From Guillardia theta CCMP2712 (lineage: Eukaryota > Protista > Cryptophyta), in assembly GCF_000315625.1 (NCBI RefSeq), contig NW_005434465.1, positions 8,596-72,595 of the forward strand: a stretch of 64,000 nt of DNA, given 5' to 3'. Made by a program: the position numbers and the translations under genes. A model generated the notes under the pieces. That model worked only from the letters and a program-made list of their open reading frames with translations, did not search any database and had not been told where the DNA came from. Positions 1-14,100 of this stretch are shown piece after piece (the first letter of the stretch is position 1; the number at the start of each line of letters is the position of its first letter).

Positions 1-538
1 ACCACCTTTTTCCTACGGGGCGCCCGGACGTTTAAACGACGCCTTCCGCCACTCCTCCACCACGCCGACCCACCCAACGGTCGACCCTCCCCTCCCCCTC
101 CCTCCCCTCCCCCTCCCCCTCCCTTCCCTCCCCCTTCCCTCCCCTCCCCCTCCCCCTCCCCCTCCCTCCCCTCCCCCCTCCTCCCCACCTCCCCTTCCCC
201 CTCCTCCTCTCCCCCTTCTCTCCTCCTCCGGCTCAGTCAAAGTTCGGCAGGTCATGAATGGCGAAACTTTACTCAACTCGCTTGGACATGTTCCAGCCAA
301 CATGTCGGTTCCCTTCCCCCGTCTCCTCTCTATCTACACTTCACCAGCTTCTTCGCCCTCCCTCTGTGCTTCAGTTGGCCCTTCCTTTGTCAACTCCCCG
401 TCCTCGGCTCCTCACCTTGCCTTCTCCCTCCTCTCTCTCCTTCCTCTCTCCTTCCTCTCTCCTTCCTCTCTTCTCACTCTCTGTCTGCAGGTTGAAAACT
501 TTCACCATCTCCAAGTGAAGCAGCAGCGGCTGCTCTAG
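1..538 (+). CDS. 3' end of an unidentified spliced gene (partial)
   Basis: Short coding-like segments (VKVRQVMNGETLLNSLGHVPAN; VENFHHLQVKQQRLL*) separated by pyrimidine-rich stretches ending in CAG; stop at 536-538. No family recognised. Confidence 0.35.
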   Translation, partial: PPFSYGAPGRLNDAFRHSSTTPTHPTVDPPLPLPPLPLPLPSLPLPSPPPPPPPPSPPPSSPPPLPPPPLPLLSSSGSVKVRQVMNGETLLNSLGHVPANMSVPFPRLLSIYTSPASSPSLCASVGPSFVNSPSSAPHLAFSLLSLLPLSFLSPSSLLTLCLQVENFHHLQVKQQRLL

Positions 539-1363
539 TCATCCTGATACTCGGCGAGCTCCTTGATGAGAGCGGGTTTATCGAAATCAGATTCCTGAAA
601 CCAAGACGATGAGTCCGCAAAGAAGCTTGAGAGCAGGAGCAGGGGCAGGGGCAGGGAAAGCAGGAGGGGAGAAGGGGGGAGAGGAGGAGGAACAGGAGAA
701 GGGTGGGGTTTGGGGTACCTCTTCGGCTTCTGCAGCAGCGTCAAGGTGAGGATGCTCGTGTTCGGGGAAGGGATTCTCGATGTCTTGGCTGCCCTGAGTG
801 AGGGCGATGGCGAGGACCGACTTGCCATGCACGAAGCAGGAGCCGAGGTACTTTGTCTTTCCCCTCCAGATGTCCGGGTCGATGCTCTTGAAGATGTGAT
901 TGTCTTCCTTGTGCTCCCCCTCGTGCACCAGCTCTGTCGCGTTCTCCAAGATGAAGTTGCCGAGAGCGTCGAAGGATCGCATGTAGCCCATGTACTCGCC
1001 CCCGCCCTCCACCTCCACCAGCACCTCCTGGCCCAAGAAATCCTCGTACACCTCCTCGTCACCTGCGTACTTCAAGCTCCTGCCCGTCTGTCGCTGTCGG
1101 GGTTTATGAGAAACACCGGAGGCCTTGAAGGTCTCGTTCCCTGCCTGATCCTCCCCACCTCCTCGAAGTGTTGGGGGCGGAGCCGCGAGCGAGCGAGGAA
1201 GACGGTGAGGACGACGAACGAAGGAAGAAGAGGCGGCAGGTGGAGGAGGAGTAGAACTAAGAGCAGGAACAGCAGCAGCAGCAGCAAGAGGGTCGCTAGG
1301 AGGAAGCAGCATCGCGCACTGGCCGCTCATCAACGCCATGAGCATCAGCAGTCGCAGCGCCAT
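535..1363 (-). CDS. LSm/Sm-domain protein (LSm1/8-like) with N-terminal signal peptide and transit-like leader
   Basis: Sm1 motif FLGQEVLVEVEGGGEYMGYMRSFDALGNFILENATE and Sm2-like YLGSCFVHGKSVLAI. Leader MALRLLMLMALMSGQCA, then S/P/A/R-rich sequence ending TLRGGG. Probable intron near 626-718; the 3' end is uncertain (535 or 587). Confidence 0.75.
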
Positions 1364-1466
1364 GCCTTCCGTCCCCTCACCTTCCATCCCATACCCAGCC
1401 TTCAAAACGTATCTACCCCCACCCCTACGATGACCCACCATTACCCCACCCCCAGAGGGAGTGACG

Positions 1467-2387
1467 ATGGCGCGAGCGGCGTCGACCATCTGGAGGTTCA
1501 GCGGGCGGGCGAGGGCCGGGAGGTTCAGCTGCCTCATGGGGCTGCGAGAGCCGCAGGATGGCGGAGAGCTCGAGGTGCGTCGCATCGACCAGCATGAGAG
1601 CCTCGTCGCCGCTCGCGTCCCCTCGTGGTCCTGCAACCCTGACGGTCGCGTCTGCCTCTCCGCCGTCACCGCCATGTTCGACGAGATCAGCACGGTGGCG
1701 GGATGCGCCGCATGGGACAGGTCGATGAGGACAGGCCTCAGCGTTCAGCTCTTCTCTCGCGCTCACAGGAGCCTCGACGTGGGGAGCGGGGACAAGCTCG
1801 TGTTCACCACTAAGCTGCGCAAGATCGGAAAGACGTTGGGGTTCGTGGACGGAGAAGTCGCGACAGAGGCAGGAGTCACTCTAGCCAACATGCGGCACAT
1901 CAAGTTCATGCCCATGGGCAGCTTCTACGCCTTCATAGCCCATCCCCTCATGCAGCCCACCACCCTGGCAGTGCTCAACGCCTTTCTCTCTCTCCGCCCC
2001 CTGCAGCACGATCGCGTGCCGCAGAGCAAGGAGGAGCTGTTTCCTCTCCGCAACCTCAGAACCGAGGGATCCAGCAGTTTTGCCGACACCTCCATCACAG
2101 ACAGGCACGCGACGGCTCTCGGGGGCATCCATGGCGGCGCAGGCGTCATGCTCCTGACGCGCATGGCGGCGGCTGGAGCAGAGAGGGACCTGACGCTGCC
2201 CATCCCCATACGCTCCATCTCGACCAACCTCATCAACAGCGTCCCCACCCGCGTAGGGAGGGAGACGGAAGTCCAGCTGGAGTCGAGCTTGTGCTTGGGG
2301 AGCGGCTTGCCGGACTACTCGTACGTGATGATCAAGAAGGAGGGAAAGATCATGATGGACTCGTCGATCTTCTGGGGGATGCGATGA
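1467..2387 (+). CDS. Double hot-dog fold acyl-CoA thioesterase (PaaI/ACOT13-like)
   Basis: Intronless ORF. First domain CNPDGRV...AMFDEIST...GLSVQL...KIGKTLGF; second domain ALGGIHGGAGVML...SISTNLI. Confidence 0.8.
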   Translation: MARAASTIWRFSGRARAGRFSCLMGLREPQDGGELEVRRIDQHESLVAARVPSWSCNPDGRVCLSAVTAMFDEISTVAGCAAWDRSMRTGLSVQLFSRAHRSLDVGSGDKLVFTTKLRKIGKTLGFVDGEVATEAGVTLANMRHIKFMPMGSFYAFIAHPLMQPTTLAVLNAFLSLRPLQHDRVPQSKEELFPLRNLRTEGSSSFADTSITDRHATALGGIHGGAGVMLLTRMAAAGAERDLTLPIPIRSISTNLINSVPTRVGRETEVQLESSLCLGSGLPDYSYVMIKKEGKIMMDSSIFWGMR

Positions 2388-2713
2388 GCATGTGGCAAGA
2401 ATAGATCACGCAGATCAGAACCTCCTCCTCTCTCCTCCTCCTCCTCCTCCTCTCTCCTCCTCCCCTTCCCTCTCTCCTCCTCCCCTTCCTCCTCCTGCTC
2501 GTTCTCCTCCTTCCAGTCCAGCCTTCTCTGTCACTCCTTCCTTCCACCAACAATCCCAGGCCTGTGCCATCTTCCACGTGCCGACTCTCCTCCCTCCCGT
2601 CCTCCTCCCTCCCGTCCTCCTCCCTCCCGTCCTCCGCCCTCCAGTCCTTCTCCCTTTCCTCTCCCTTGTTGATGGTCGAGGAGCGACGTCGGTACGCGCA
2701 GGTTCACTGAAAC

Positions 2714-3761
2714 TTATTTACACGATTTGTTACCCCTCATGCCGCCTGAAGCGACCTTAGTAAGCCTGAGGAGGTGAGAGAGGAAGAGCTTAACCTGATT
2801 GAAAGGGATCCAACCCCTTTGAGCGACGAGCCTTCGCTTCCACACGTTCAGCTCCTTGTCCATCTTCTGGATCTTGTCGTCGACGATTTGGATCTGATGA
2901 GAGACCTTGTTCTGCATCTTATGTCAGCACCTCCCCTCAGCCTCCTACTTCACCTCGTCGCTCCTCGTCTTCCCCTCCCTGTCAATGGCGTCTTGAGCCT
3001 TCGCTCCTGACTCCTGCCACACGCTCATATTCAGCTTCACACCAGTCTCAGCCTGTGCGACTCCACCAGCGCGAAGAAAGCGACTCCTTGCGCTCGACGG
3101 AACGCTTCCTTGGCTGCCGCACGTCTCGCAGCAAGCCTCTTCTTGACGCTCTTGGCATCTGCCAGCGCTTGTGCTGCCAGGCGCTCCGCCTTGTCCGACT
3201 CCTCCTCCAACCCGTTGGCCTTCACTGACCGAGTCAGTTCGCCTTGCCTGCCTCACAGTGACGCACCTTGTCCGTGCTCACCCGCTCCTTGTGCACAATC
3301 GCCTGCAGCTTCTTCACCTCATCTCTCACCTGCCTCATTGCTCAACAAGATCTCAGAAGCCTGCGCACATCGCCCTTGCCTTGAGGTAAGCAGCTGCCGC
3401 CTCCTCAAGCGTTTGCTTGCTCCTTGCCGAGTCTTTCTTGGCCTATGCGAGGGTGAGACAAGCCAGGCAACGCAGACTGGACCTGTTTGAGCAGCTCAAC
3501 CTTGTCGAGGCTCAGAACTCGAGGCGACAGTCTGAAGAGCAAGTCAACGAGGGAGGGAAAGGCTGCACGAGCAGACATGCGGCTGTGCATCTGCTGGACT
3601 CCTTTCACCAGCACAGAATCCTGAAGGGTGAGTGAGTGAGTGAGTGAGTGAGTGAGTGAGACAGCGCAAGAGATGATACCCCATCCCCGCCGTGTCGTTG
3701 AGCATCCTTTGACATCAGCACCAGCTGCCATTAGAGTCACCTTGTGCTTCCAGACAACCAC
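2714..3761 (-). CDS. Multi-exon coiled-coil hypothetical protein
   Basis: Chain of short exons (DSVLVKGVQQMHSR...; KANGLEEESDKAERLAAQALADAK...; MQNKVSHQIQIVDDKIQKMDKELNVWKRRL) with GT-AG boundaries; both ends uncertain. Confidence 0.5.
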
Positions 3762-4590
3762 ACGCTACCTGGTGCGATGAAGATGAAACGACGACTGCCA
3801 GTGCCAAGACAATCGCTGCTAGATCAGCTTAAAATACACACACACACACACACACCAGACAACAGTTATTAGATGAGGTTACAACAACGCGACTAGATCT
3901 GTGCAGCCATTTCGCGTCAAGCCTCACCTGCCGCACTAGCCGCCAACTGCCACTTGTTGCCAGCGCTGCCGCAATCTCAGTGAAGATGTTCTCGTCAGAA
4001 GCGAAGCTGCCACCTTGTAAGATCTCGATAATGCGGCGGTAACAAGGGGCCCATCTGAGCATGCAATCAGACATCCTTGGCTCCAGCAAGTTCCCTAGCA
4101 GCAAACTAGTTCCTCCTCCAACTCCTTTCTTTCTTCTAGCGTCTTCCTCCTGAACATTCACCATCGACTTCCCCCTCTCCCTTCTCTCCCATCCTCTTCC
4201 CCTTCCCCTTCCCCTCTTCTCTCCGCCACTGATCCGCTCCTCATGCTCCTCCCGATTCTCCTCCTGCATGCTGCCTGCATGCTGGCCTGCATGGCTCTTC
4301 GCCCTGTGTAGCTCAGGCATGGTGTTGCACGTTTCTCGAGTGGGCGATGCCTGACCTCCCAGCTAGCTTTATAAAGGTTTTAATCCGATTTTGCGAAGCG
4401 ACACGAAAACATGCAGGGGAGGAGACGAACGAGGAGAAGTAGAAGCAGGAGGAGGAGGAGGAGGAGGAGCAGTAGAAGGAGAATCAGAAGGAGAAGGAAG
4501 AGGAAAAAGAGGTGGGGGGGTAGAGAGATACGAGAGAGAGGGGTTGTGGTGTGTGCCTGCTTAGGTGTGCCAAGGAGGGATAGAGGTGCG

Positions 4591-4720
4591 AGAGGGGAGG
4601 GAGAAGGAGGAGGACAAGAGAGAGGGGAGTGAGAAGGAGGACGACAAGAGAGAGGGGAGTGAGAAGGAGGACGACAAGAGAGAGGGGAGTGAGAAGGAGG
4701 ACGACAAGAGAGAGGGGAGG
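4591..4720 (+). repeat. 30-bp minisatellite, about 4.3 copies (AGAGGGGAGTGAGAAGGAGGACGACAAGAG)
   Basis: Visible 30-nt period at 4591, 4621, 4651 and 4681. Confidence 0.9.
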
Positions 4721-4761
4721 GGTTTAGCTTGAGTCTCACGCTTTCTCCTTAGGCGTGTGAA

Positions 4762-7574
4762 ATGGACATACACGAGAGGCTCCGGTCGCCTCACCCAGAG
4801 GATGCGTTCCGATCGGAGCGCATGGTCCTGGTGCAGCTTTTGATGGAGCGAGAGGCGGCGCACGACAGTGTAGACGAGCTTGCACGGCTTGAATGCATGC
4901 ACTTCATCGACAGCGATGCCAACAAGGACAAGACAGCCTTCCAACGCCCGTGGGTGTCAGAAGTGAGACTCTGCGACGACTTGCTCCGACAGCTCCGCCT
5001 CTTCCGCGACAAGGCCAGGCGCCTGGGCCTCTCCCTTAACTCCCTCCCCCTCGATGAAGAGCCTGGAAGAGGCTCAGCTGGGCTAGGGGACCTGCACGAG
5101 GAGCTGACGGAGCTGGAGCGAGAAATCAAGGAGATGGACGGAAGGCAGCGTTCGATGGATCGAAGTTACCACGAGAAGTTAGAGCACCTGATGGTCGTGC
5201 AGCGAGCGGACGAGGAGCTGCTGCGAGCTGAGCCCTCGAGAGTGACGTCAGCGGATGTGGAGGAAGAGACGGGAGCGCTGATGATGGAAGAGGGAGGGAG
5301 GGAGGGACAGACCTTGCGGTCCATGTTCGGAGTTCTTCCCGTGGACAAGCGCGAGACCTTCACGCGCGTCATCTGGCGGGTGACGCGAGGCAACGCTATC
5401 GTGCACTTCTCCTCAAGACCAGCTGGGATGCGGCAGGCGAGCAGCTCAGGGGAAGCAGAGGAGGTGGAGAAAGTAGCCTTCGCCATCTTCTTCTCCGGTC
5501 GAGTGATTGAGGACAAGATCTCCAAGCTCTGCGCGACCATGGAGGCGCATCGGTACCACGTGCCCAAGGGGCTGACGGAGAGAACGAACTTGCTGCGGCA
5601 ACTGAAGCGCGACATCCAAGACCACGTCGCCATCACTTCTTCCGCCGAGCGGCGACAAGCCGAGCTGGTGGGCAAGCTAGCGCGAAGTCTGGGAGAGAAG
5701 GAGAGGATGGTGCTGCAGGAGAAAGCGATCTTCGCGACCATGAACCTGTTCAACACCCTCGTCTCCAATCGCACGGTGATAGCTGAAGGCTGGGTTCCTG
5801 TCGAGTCCCTTCCTGCCCTCCGCAGCGCCTTGCAACGAGGGATGAAGCGATCGGGAGCCGCGACGCCTTCAGTGGTTCACGTGCTCAAGGCGGACCTGAC
5901 GCCTCCCACCTTCATCAAGACCAACAAGCTCACAGAGTCCTTCCAGGCGCTCAACGATGCGTATGGCACTCCCAGGTACCTAGAGCTGAACCCGGTGAGC
6001 CGAGGAGGAGGAGGAGGAGAGGAGGAGGAGGGCTGACGTTGACCGGCAGGGGATGTTCTATCCGGTGACCTACTCCTTCCTCTTCGGGATCATGTTCGGA
6101 GACATGGGGCATGGCTTTCTCATGCTCCTCGCCGCTATCTTCCTCATCTCTAAGGAGAAGGACTGGGCGGGGAAGCGCCTGCATGAGCTCGTGTCGCCTG
6201 CCTTCGGCGGCCGCTACGTGCTCCTCCTCATGTCTCTCTTCTCCATCTACTGCGGTAGCGTCTACAACGAGTGCTTCGGTCAGTCGCTGCTCCCCTGGTC
6301 CTACTGGTCCCTCCACCTCCGTGCTGGCAGCTCCTCTTACGATGCTGCTCCCGTCGCGCCCCCGCCCTACGGAGTGGATCCGATTTGGGGGATCGCAGAG
6401 AACAAGTTGGGGTATCAGAACTCGTTCAAGATGAAGATCTCTATCATCATCGGAGTGTCGCAGATGGTCTTCGGGTTGGCGTGCAAGACTCTCAACTGCG
6501 TCTATTTCCGCAAGTGGAAGGATCTGCTCTTTGAGAACATCCCTGAGTACGTCTTCCTCCTCTCCATCTTCGGCTACCTCTGCTTCCTCATCATCTACAA
6601 GTGGTCCACCGACTGGGTTGGCCTTGGCCTCCCAGCTCCTCCCTTGCTGGACACTCTGCTGGGCATGCTGCTTGAGGTTGGAAGTCCTATCCCCAAGGAG
6701 CGGCTGCTATATCCTGGTCAAGCCACTGTGCAGACGATCCTAGTCATCGTCGCGCTCATCGCGGTTCCTTGCATGCTCTTCCCGAAGCCGCTACTCATGC
6801 AGGCGGAGCACAAGAACGGATACGAGCCGGTGGACGCAGAGGACAACTCGCAGGGGCATGGGGAAGGAGAAGGAGAAGGAGAGTTCGACATGGGGGAGGT
6901 GCTGATTCATCAGAGCATTCACACCATCGAGTTCGTCCTCGGCACAGTCTCCAACACAGCTTCCTACCTCCGTCTCTGGGCGCTCTCCCTCGCACATGCC
7001 GGTGAAGCCTCAGTCCCTTCCTTCCTCCTGCCTGCCAGTTCGTTTCCTCTCTGACTCCTTCGTAGGCCTATCGGAAGTCTTCTGGGAGCGGGTGAGAGAA
7101 GGAGAAGAGGAGGGGAGGGCGTGATGTGCTGGCAGGTTATGCTCGCCGCCCTTGAGCTCGAGGGCGTCAGCGTGTGGGGTCAGGGGCTCGCTGTCTTCTG
7201 TGCCTTCGCTGTCTGGGCGTTTATGACCTTCAGGTAGATGAGAGGAGGAGGAGGAGGAGGAGGAGGAGGAAAGCGAACAAGGAGGATGAGAAGGTTGATG
7301 AGGACGAGCAGTCGCTAGCAGTGCATGTGGCGATACAGGCGTGACTTGGCTCTCAGTGTGCTGATGGTGATGGAGACGTTGAGCGCGTGTCTGCATGACA
7401 TTCGTCTACATTGGGTGGAGTTCCAGGTTAACCTACACCTCGTCCCACTTCACCTTCTTGCTGACGACTGACCAGAACAAATTCTACGCGGGTGACGGCT
7501 ACCCTTTCACTCCTCTCTCCTTCCGAACCTTCGTTGAGGCCTACCAGCTTGAGCATGGCGACGGTTCCTCCTAG
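4762..7574 (+). CDS. V-type H+-ATPase V0 subunit a (Vph1/ATP6V0A family), multi-exon
   Basis: FRSERM, AEGWVP, PPTFIKTNK..FQ..AYG.PRY.ELNP, FLFGIMFGDMGHG, NSFKMK.SII.G, HTIEFVLGTVSNTASYLRLWALSLAH, RLHWVEFQ|NKFYAGDGYPF; stop TAG 7572-7574. Confidence 0.97.
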
Positions 7575-7648
7575 AAAAAGCGAGATCATCGATAAAGGCT
7601 ACATTTCTCCTCTGCTCCCTCCCTCGTCCTCCACCTCTCCACTCGGGG

Positions 7649-9814
<2,166 letters not shown>

Positions 9815-10196
9815 CACGAGCTGCTCGTCTAAACTAAGTAAGCACGAATATCCTTCTTCTCCTTCCCAGTAGTCATGATTACCATCATCTCCATCATCTA
9901 TTACATCTCCATCTCCTCCTCCATCTCTTCCTCCATCTACATCTACATCTACCCCTCCCCCTCCCCCTCCCCCCCCCTCCCCTCCTCGTCCTCCTCCCCC
10001 CCTGTCCCCCCTACTGCTCCCTGTGGATTGCGCTGCCTGATCCTTTCTCCGGTGGAATGGCTGAGGCGGATTCGTTTTAGGTCTCCTTTGTTTGCTCCGG
10101 TTTGCCCTTCTTTTCCAGTCAGTCAAGTAAAAATCTCTCCTGCTCCTGTAGGACATTCTCGTCGAACACACCGCTACCACTGCCGCTGCCGCTACC

Positions 10197-12239
10197 ATGG
10201 CCAAGAGAGTTCGAGAGCTGGAGGAGGAGGAGACGAATTCAGCTGTAGAGCAAGAGGCTAGGGGGGTACAAACAAAAGTCAACAAAGCAGATCAAGCCAT
10301 CACTGCTGCAGTGCAAGAGATCAAGGGAGTTGTGGAAAAGATCAATGGAGTAGTGGACGAGATCAAGGGAGTAGTGGACGAGATCAAGGGAGTAGTGGAA
10401 AAGATTAATGGATTAGAGGACGAGATCAAGGGAGTAGAGGCAAAGATTGATGGAGTAGACCAAACCATGGCTGATGTAGAGCAAGAGATCAGCCAGGCAC
10501 AAGACCCCAATATGAAGCCTGTCTTGATCATGAAACAAACGAAGCTTGAAGGTGAAAAGCAACAGCTTGCGGCCAGAGAGAAACGGCTTCGAGGTGACAA
10601 GAAACAGCTTGGAGTTAGAGAGAGACAGCTTCGAGATAAAAAGGCGAAGCTTCGAGAGGAAATGAAGGAAAAGAAGCAGGCAGCTTTTACCTGGACAGAG
10701 TCAGAAGCTCGGCTTGACGGTATGGGGTTTTGCAAGGAGGAGAAATACTTCCGTCTAGATTGCTCTTACTTAAGGGGCACAAATGTAAACAGCGGAGAGC
10801 AGCTTCTTCTCTACTGCCGAAAAGCCTTCCTGGAGCAGTTCCGTTTCCTGCGAGAGCAAGTGCTAGAGCATGGTGCTCTTGGATGGATACAAGGCTCTCC
10901 AGGAACAGGGAAGACAACAACAACTCTTTCGTTTTGTATGACGCTGGATAGGAATGAGTGGAGCTTCAAATGCATCAGGCTGAAGGCCAGAAGCAACACC
11001 TGTGTCGTGGAGGTGACAGGCAACAAGAGAAGAACATGCTCTGTCGCAAAGGAGTCTGAGGGGGAACAGATGAAACTGTTGCTTGAAGGGTTGTTAGACG
11101 GCAAAAAGAGCCTCCTGGTGCTCGATGGCTACTTGACACACCAAGAATCTCACACGAGAGCTTTGGTAGCATGTATAGGATGGCGGGATGCTGACAGGCA
11201 AAATCGACGTCTTGTGGTGGTGACGTCAATGGCTTCTCGAGGAAAGACCTACGATGAAGAGGATCGAGAGTTGGGGCTGAAGGAGCACATAGTTCCATCA
11301 TGGAGGATCGATGAATATCTAGAGGCAGTGCAGTTTGACGAGTTTTACAACAAGGTGGCTCCCACCTTGGAAATGAATGTGACAGGAGAGGTTTTGGGTT
11401 TCAAGATGACTACACGGCCGAGATCGAAAGAAGAGCGAGTGAGGCATAAGCACTACCTCGCAGGTGGGTCATGTCGGTACATGTTCGACATGACTGCGGC
11501 GGAGGTCCTGCGGTCCTTGGATCTTGCGCTTTTATGTGCTCCAAACTTACAAGATCTTTTTCGGGGCCATGTAGGCGCTTCCTCGGGGGATCTGACGAAC
11601 AGGCTGACTGCTACTTTGGTAACTCAGGAGAAGGTGGTCAGGTTTCCTGTGAGCAAGTACGTAGCCAGCAATCTTGCGGCGTCCGCGGGTGCGGTTGACA
11701 TACTGAGAAGAATGTTGACGGCCTTTAGAGGCCCGCGAGCCATGCATGGGTATCTTTTGGAGATGCTCTTTTTCGAGGAAGTGAGATGAGACCTGAGCAT
11801 AACTTACCGTGGATCAAGTGAGCCTGAAGTTTTGAAAGCATGCAATCTCGTTGTAATCTTGAATCCGTCACAAGACACGGACTCTCTTCCCCACACGAGG
11901 GTGTGTCTCAAGCCAATCAGTGAATTTCAAGGTGGCTGGGACGCAATCATTGTAGATAAGGATGACAAGGTCGTGCAGTTTTTTCAGCTGACGGTGGCAA
12001 AGGATCACTCTCTCAAGCTCTCGTATTTCTTGACAGCTCTTGAGGCTCTGGGGATTCCTCCAGGTGGGACGTGGACGATAAGGATCGTTTTTGTCGTTCC
12101 GCCGGAGGATGGAATGTTGTTCCGAATAGCCTCTGTCAAGGATGACGGGGCGCTAGAGCAGTACATGTGGAAGAAAGGGGAGGAGCGGTCAATGGTCCAG
12201 GTGGCGAGTATTGATTTCAATCGAGGATACGTTAGTTAG
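10197..12239 (+). pseudogene. Crinkler/RHS-type (CR) effector-like gene: coiled-coil header + P-loop NTPase + PD-(D/E)XK restriction-endonuclease fold; in-frame TGA at 11787-11789
   Basis: Heptad repeats EIKGVVEKINGVVD; Walker A GSPGTGKT; Walker B LLVLDG; GGSCRYMF; HGYLLEMLF; REase motif KPISEFQGGWDAIIV...FFQLTVAKDHSLK. ORFs 10197-11789 and 11832-12239 are in the same frame across one stop. Confidence 0.8.
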
Positions 12240-12419
12240 TGATGGGTGGCGAATGAAGATGTCAGGAACTGCTCAGATGGCTGAAGATGCGAAGGAAGTA
12301 GACCACTCATAGCGTGTTCTGAGGCTGAGCTGTCATGCTCACGGACAAGGGGGGATGTGGATAATTTTACTCACAAAACTGAAATACAATCCAAATTCAC
12401 CCATGTAAAATATGTTTGG

Positions 12420-14100
12420 GTAGTACCGGCCATCACTGAAATCCATAACTTGATAGACCAGCCTCGCCTCTGCTCTTCCTCTGGGTGATGGAGGCAGTGC
12501 AGGCGCCGCTGGGGGCTCTGAGGCTTCCGAAGCAGGGGCTGCAGGGGGAACTGACTCAAAGGCTGACTCGCTGACTCGGGTGGGTAGAGATCCACTGCAT
12601 AGCTGCCGTGAGCCCGGGAAGAGCTTCCTGAGCTGGGGATAACTGCGCCCTGCTCAGGGGAAACTCTGCATCAACCGCCCTGTGACTGAAGGCTTGGGGG
12701 GGGATACAGGGAGGTCCGCCCGCAAGTTGAAAGAGAGCGGGCGATGGGATCTCGCTGCTCAGACGTGCGCTATCAGCTCGCCGAGGTCAATATATTCTTG
12801 CGGCACTCCACGGTCAACCAGGGCCTGATGCACCCGCAGGAAGGAAGGCAGTAGGGGAGGGAGGACCAGATCCGGCTCGTCCGCTTGACGGAGGGTACCA
12901 TCCAGCCCAGAGAACAGAGTAGGGGTCGAAAATGTCCAGGTCTGCACACAGGGTAGAGTAGCGCTCCATGGTAAGAAGCTGGCCGTGGCGATGTAATAAG
13001 GTGATAGACTAACGCTGCTTGAGGTGTGAATCCATCTCCTCCCTTCTGATATGGAAGCTGACGCTTGAAGATGGCAAACTCCATTGGGGACAAGACTGAA
13101 GGGCTGGCCAAGCTCAGGTCGACGTCCGAGCCTCTGTCAGACAAGGGCAAGGTTTTTTGTCCTGAAGAACACTCTGATCGAAAGCAGCACATGCAGTGTG
13201 TTCGGGGCGCTATGGCGGGGAGTTTAGGGGGTGCTGCATGCCATGGCAGGTGTCATGCCACAGATGAGAGAGATGACCAGCATTCGAAAGTGGCACGGTG
13301 TGCCTTTGTGCACAACATGTGTTGCAAGGTTCAAATACTACAAGAATTGCAATAATCTTGAGCAGACTTTGCTCTCTAAATGGGACGATACCTTGTTTTT
13401 CAAACTGTTGGATTTCTTGCAATGTCATGGGCAACCAAGTACCTCGAATGGAGTCTTCGTTCTGTATCCTTGAATTTCGATTCCACTGCGAGGCCCATTG
13501 GAAGTTCCTGGATATGCAACGTATCTCGACCAGCGTTTCTCTTGGGAGACGTATGATCCCTGATGGTGTGTCCCCTCAGTGTGCCCAGTTCCGATGGCAC
13601 ACCTTTGAATGCCGGCGAGATCCACAGGTTCTTAGCAACGAGTACAAAATGCAATAACGCGCCGAAGAACCCACATTTGTACCTGTCCTCTTGAATAAAG
13701 GCCGTGAATTTACATGCTAGTACGCTAGGGTGCTGGGCTCTGGTCCCCAAAGATGCTATCTACGATCTTTGCGGCCTGTAAGGTGCTTTCCACATGATAG
13801 ACTTGTCGGCTCTATCGACTGAGTCTACTATGAGTCCCGGCTCCCTCAGCTTACGGTTTTGAGTTGATCCTCTTGTCCAACGATGAAGCAGGTCTCATCG
13901 GTGCCTTGAGTCGCGGTGTAAGTCTCGAGATTCCGCTCGTGGTTCCTCCATGCTTGCACGGCTTTGGACTCTGCGCTCCATTCGCTCAGAGCATCTTCAA
14001 ACTTGGCAGGTCGCGTCTCGCCTGTCGGGTGCATGTACGGTGTGATTCCCTTTTGTCCCCCAAGGATGCAGTATCGCAATCGTTGGCAGGTCGACCCCTC
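12420..14100 (-). mobile_element. Degraded ORF remnant, possibly LTR-retrotransposon gag-like
   Basis: Broken minus-strand frames without intron signatures; Zn-knuckle-like CNTCCAQRH; adjacent to an integrase remnant. Family not securely recognised. Confidence 0.3.

Noticed and set aside
710-1597. 295-aa + strand ORF
   Set aside because: Antisense shadow of the LSm gene in GC-rich sequence; no motifs.
11787-11789. Selenocysteine codon
   Set aside because: Not at a redox-motif position, no SECIS recognised, and the family is not known to contain selenoproteins.
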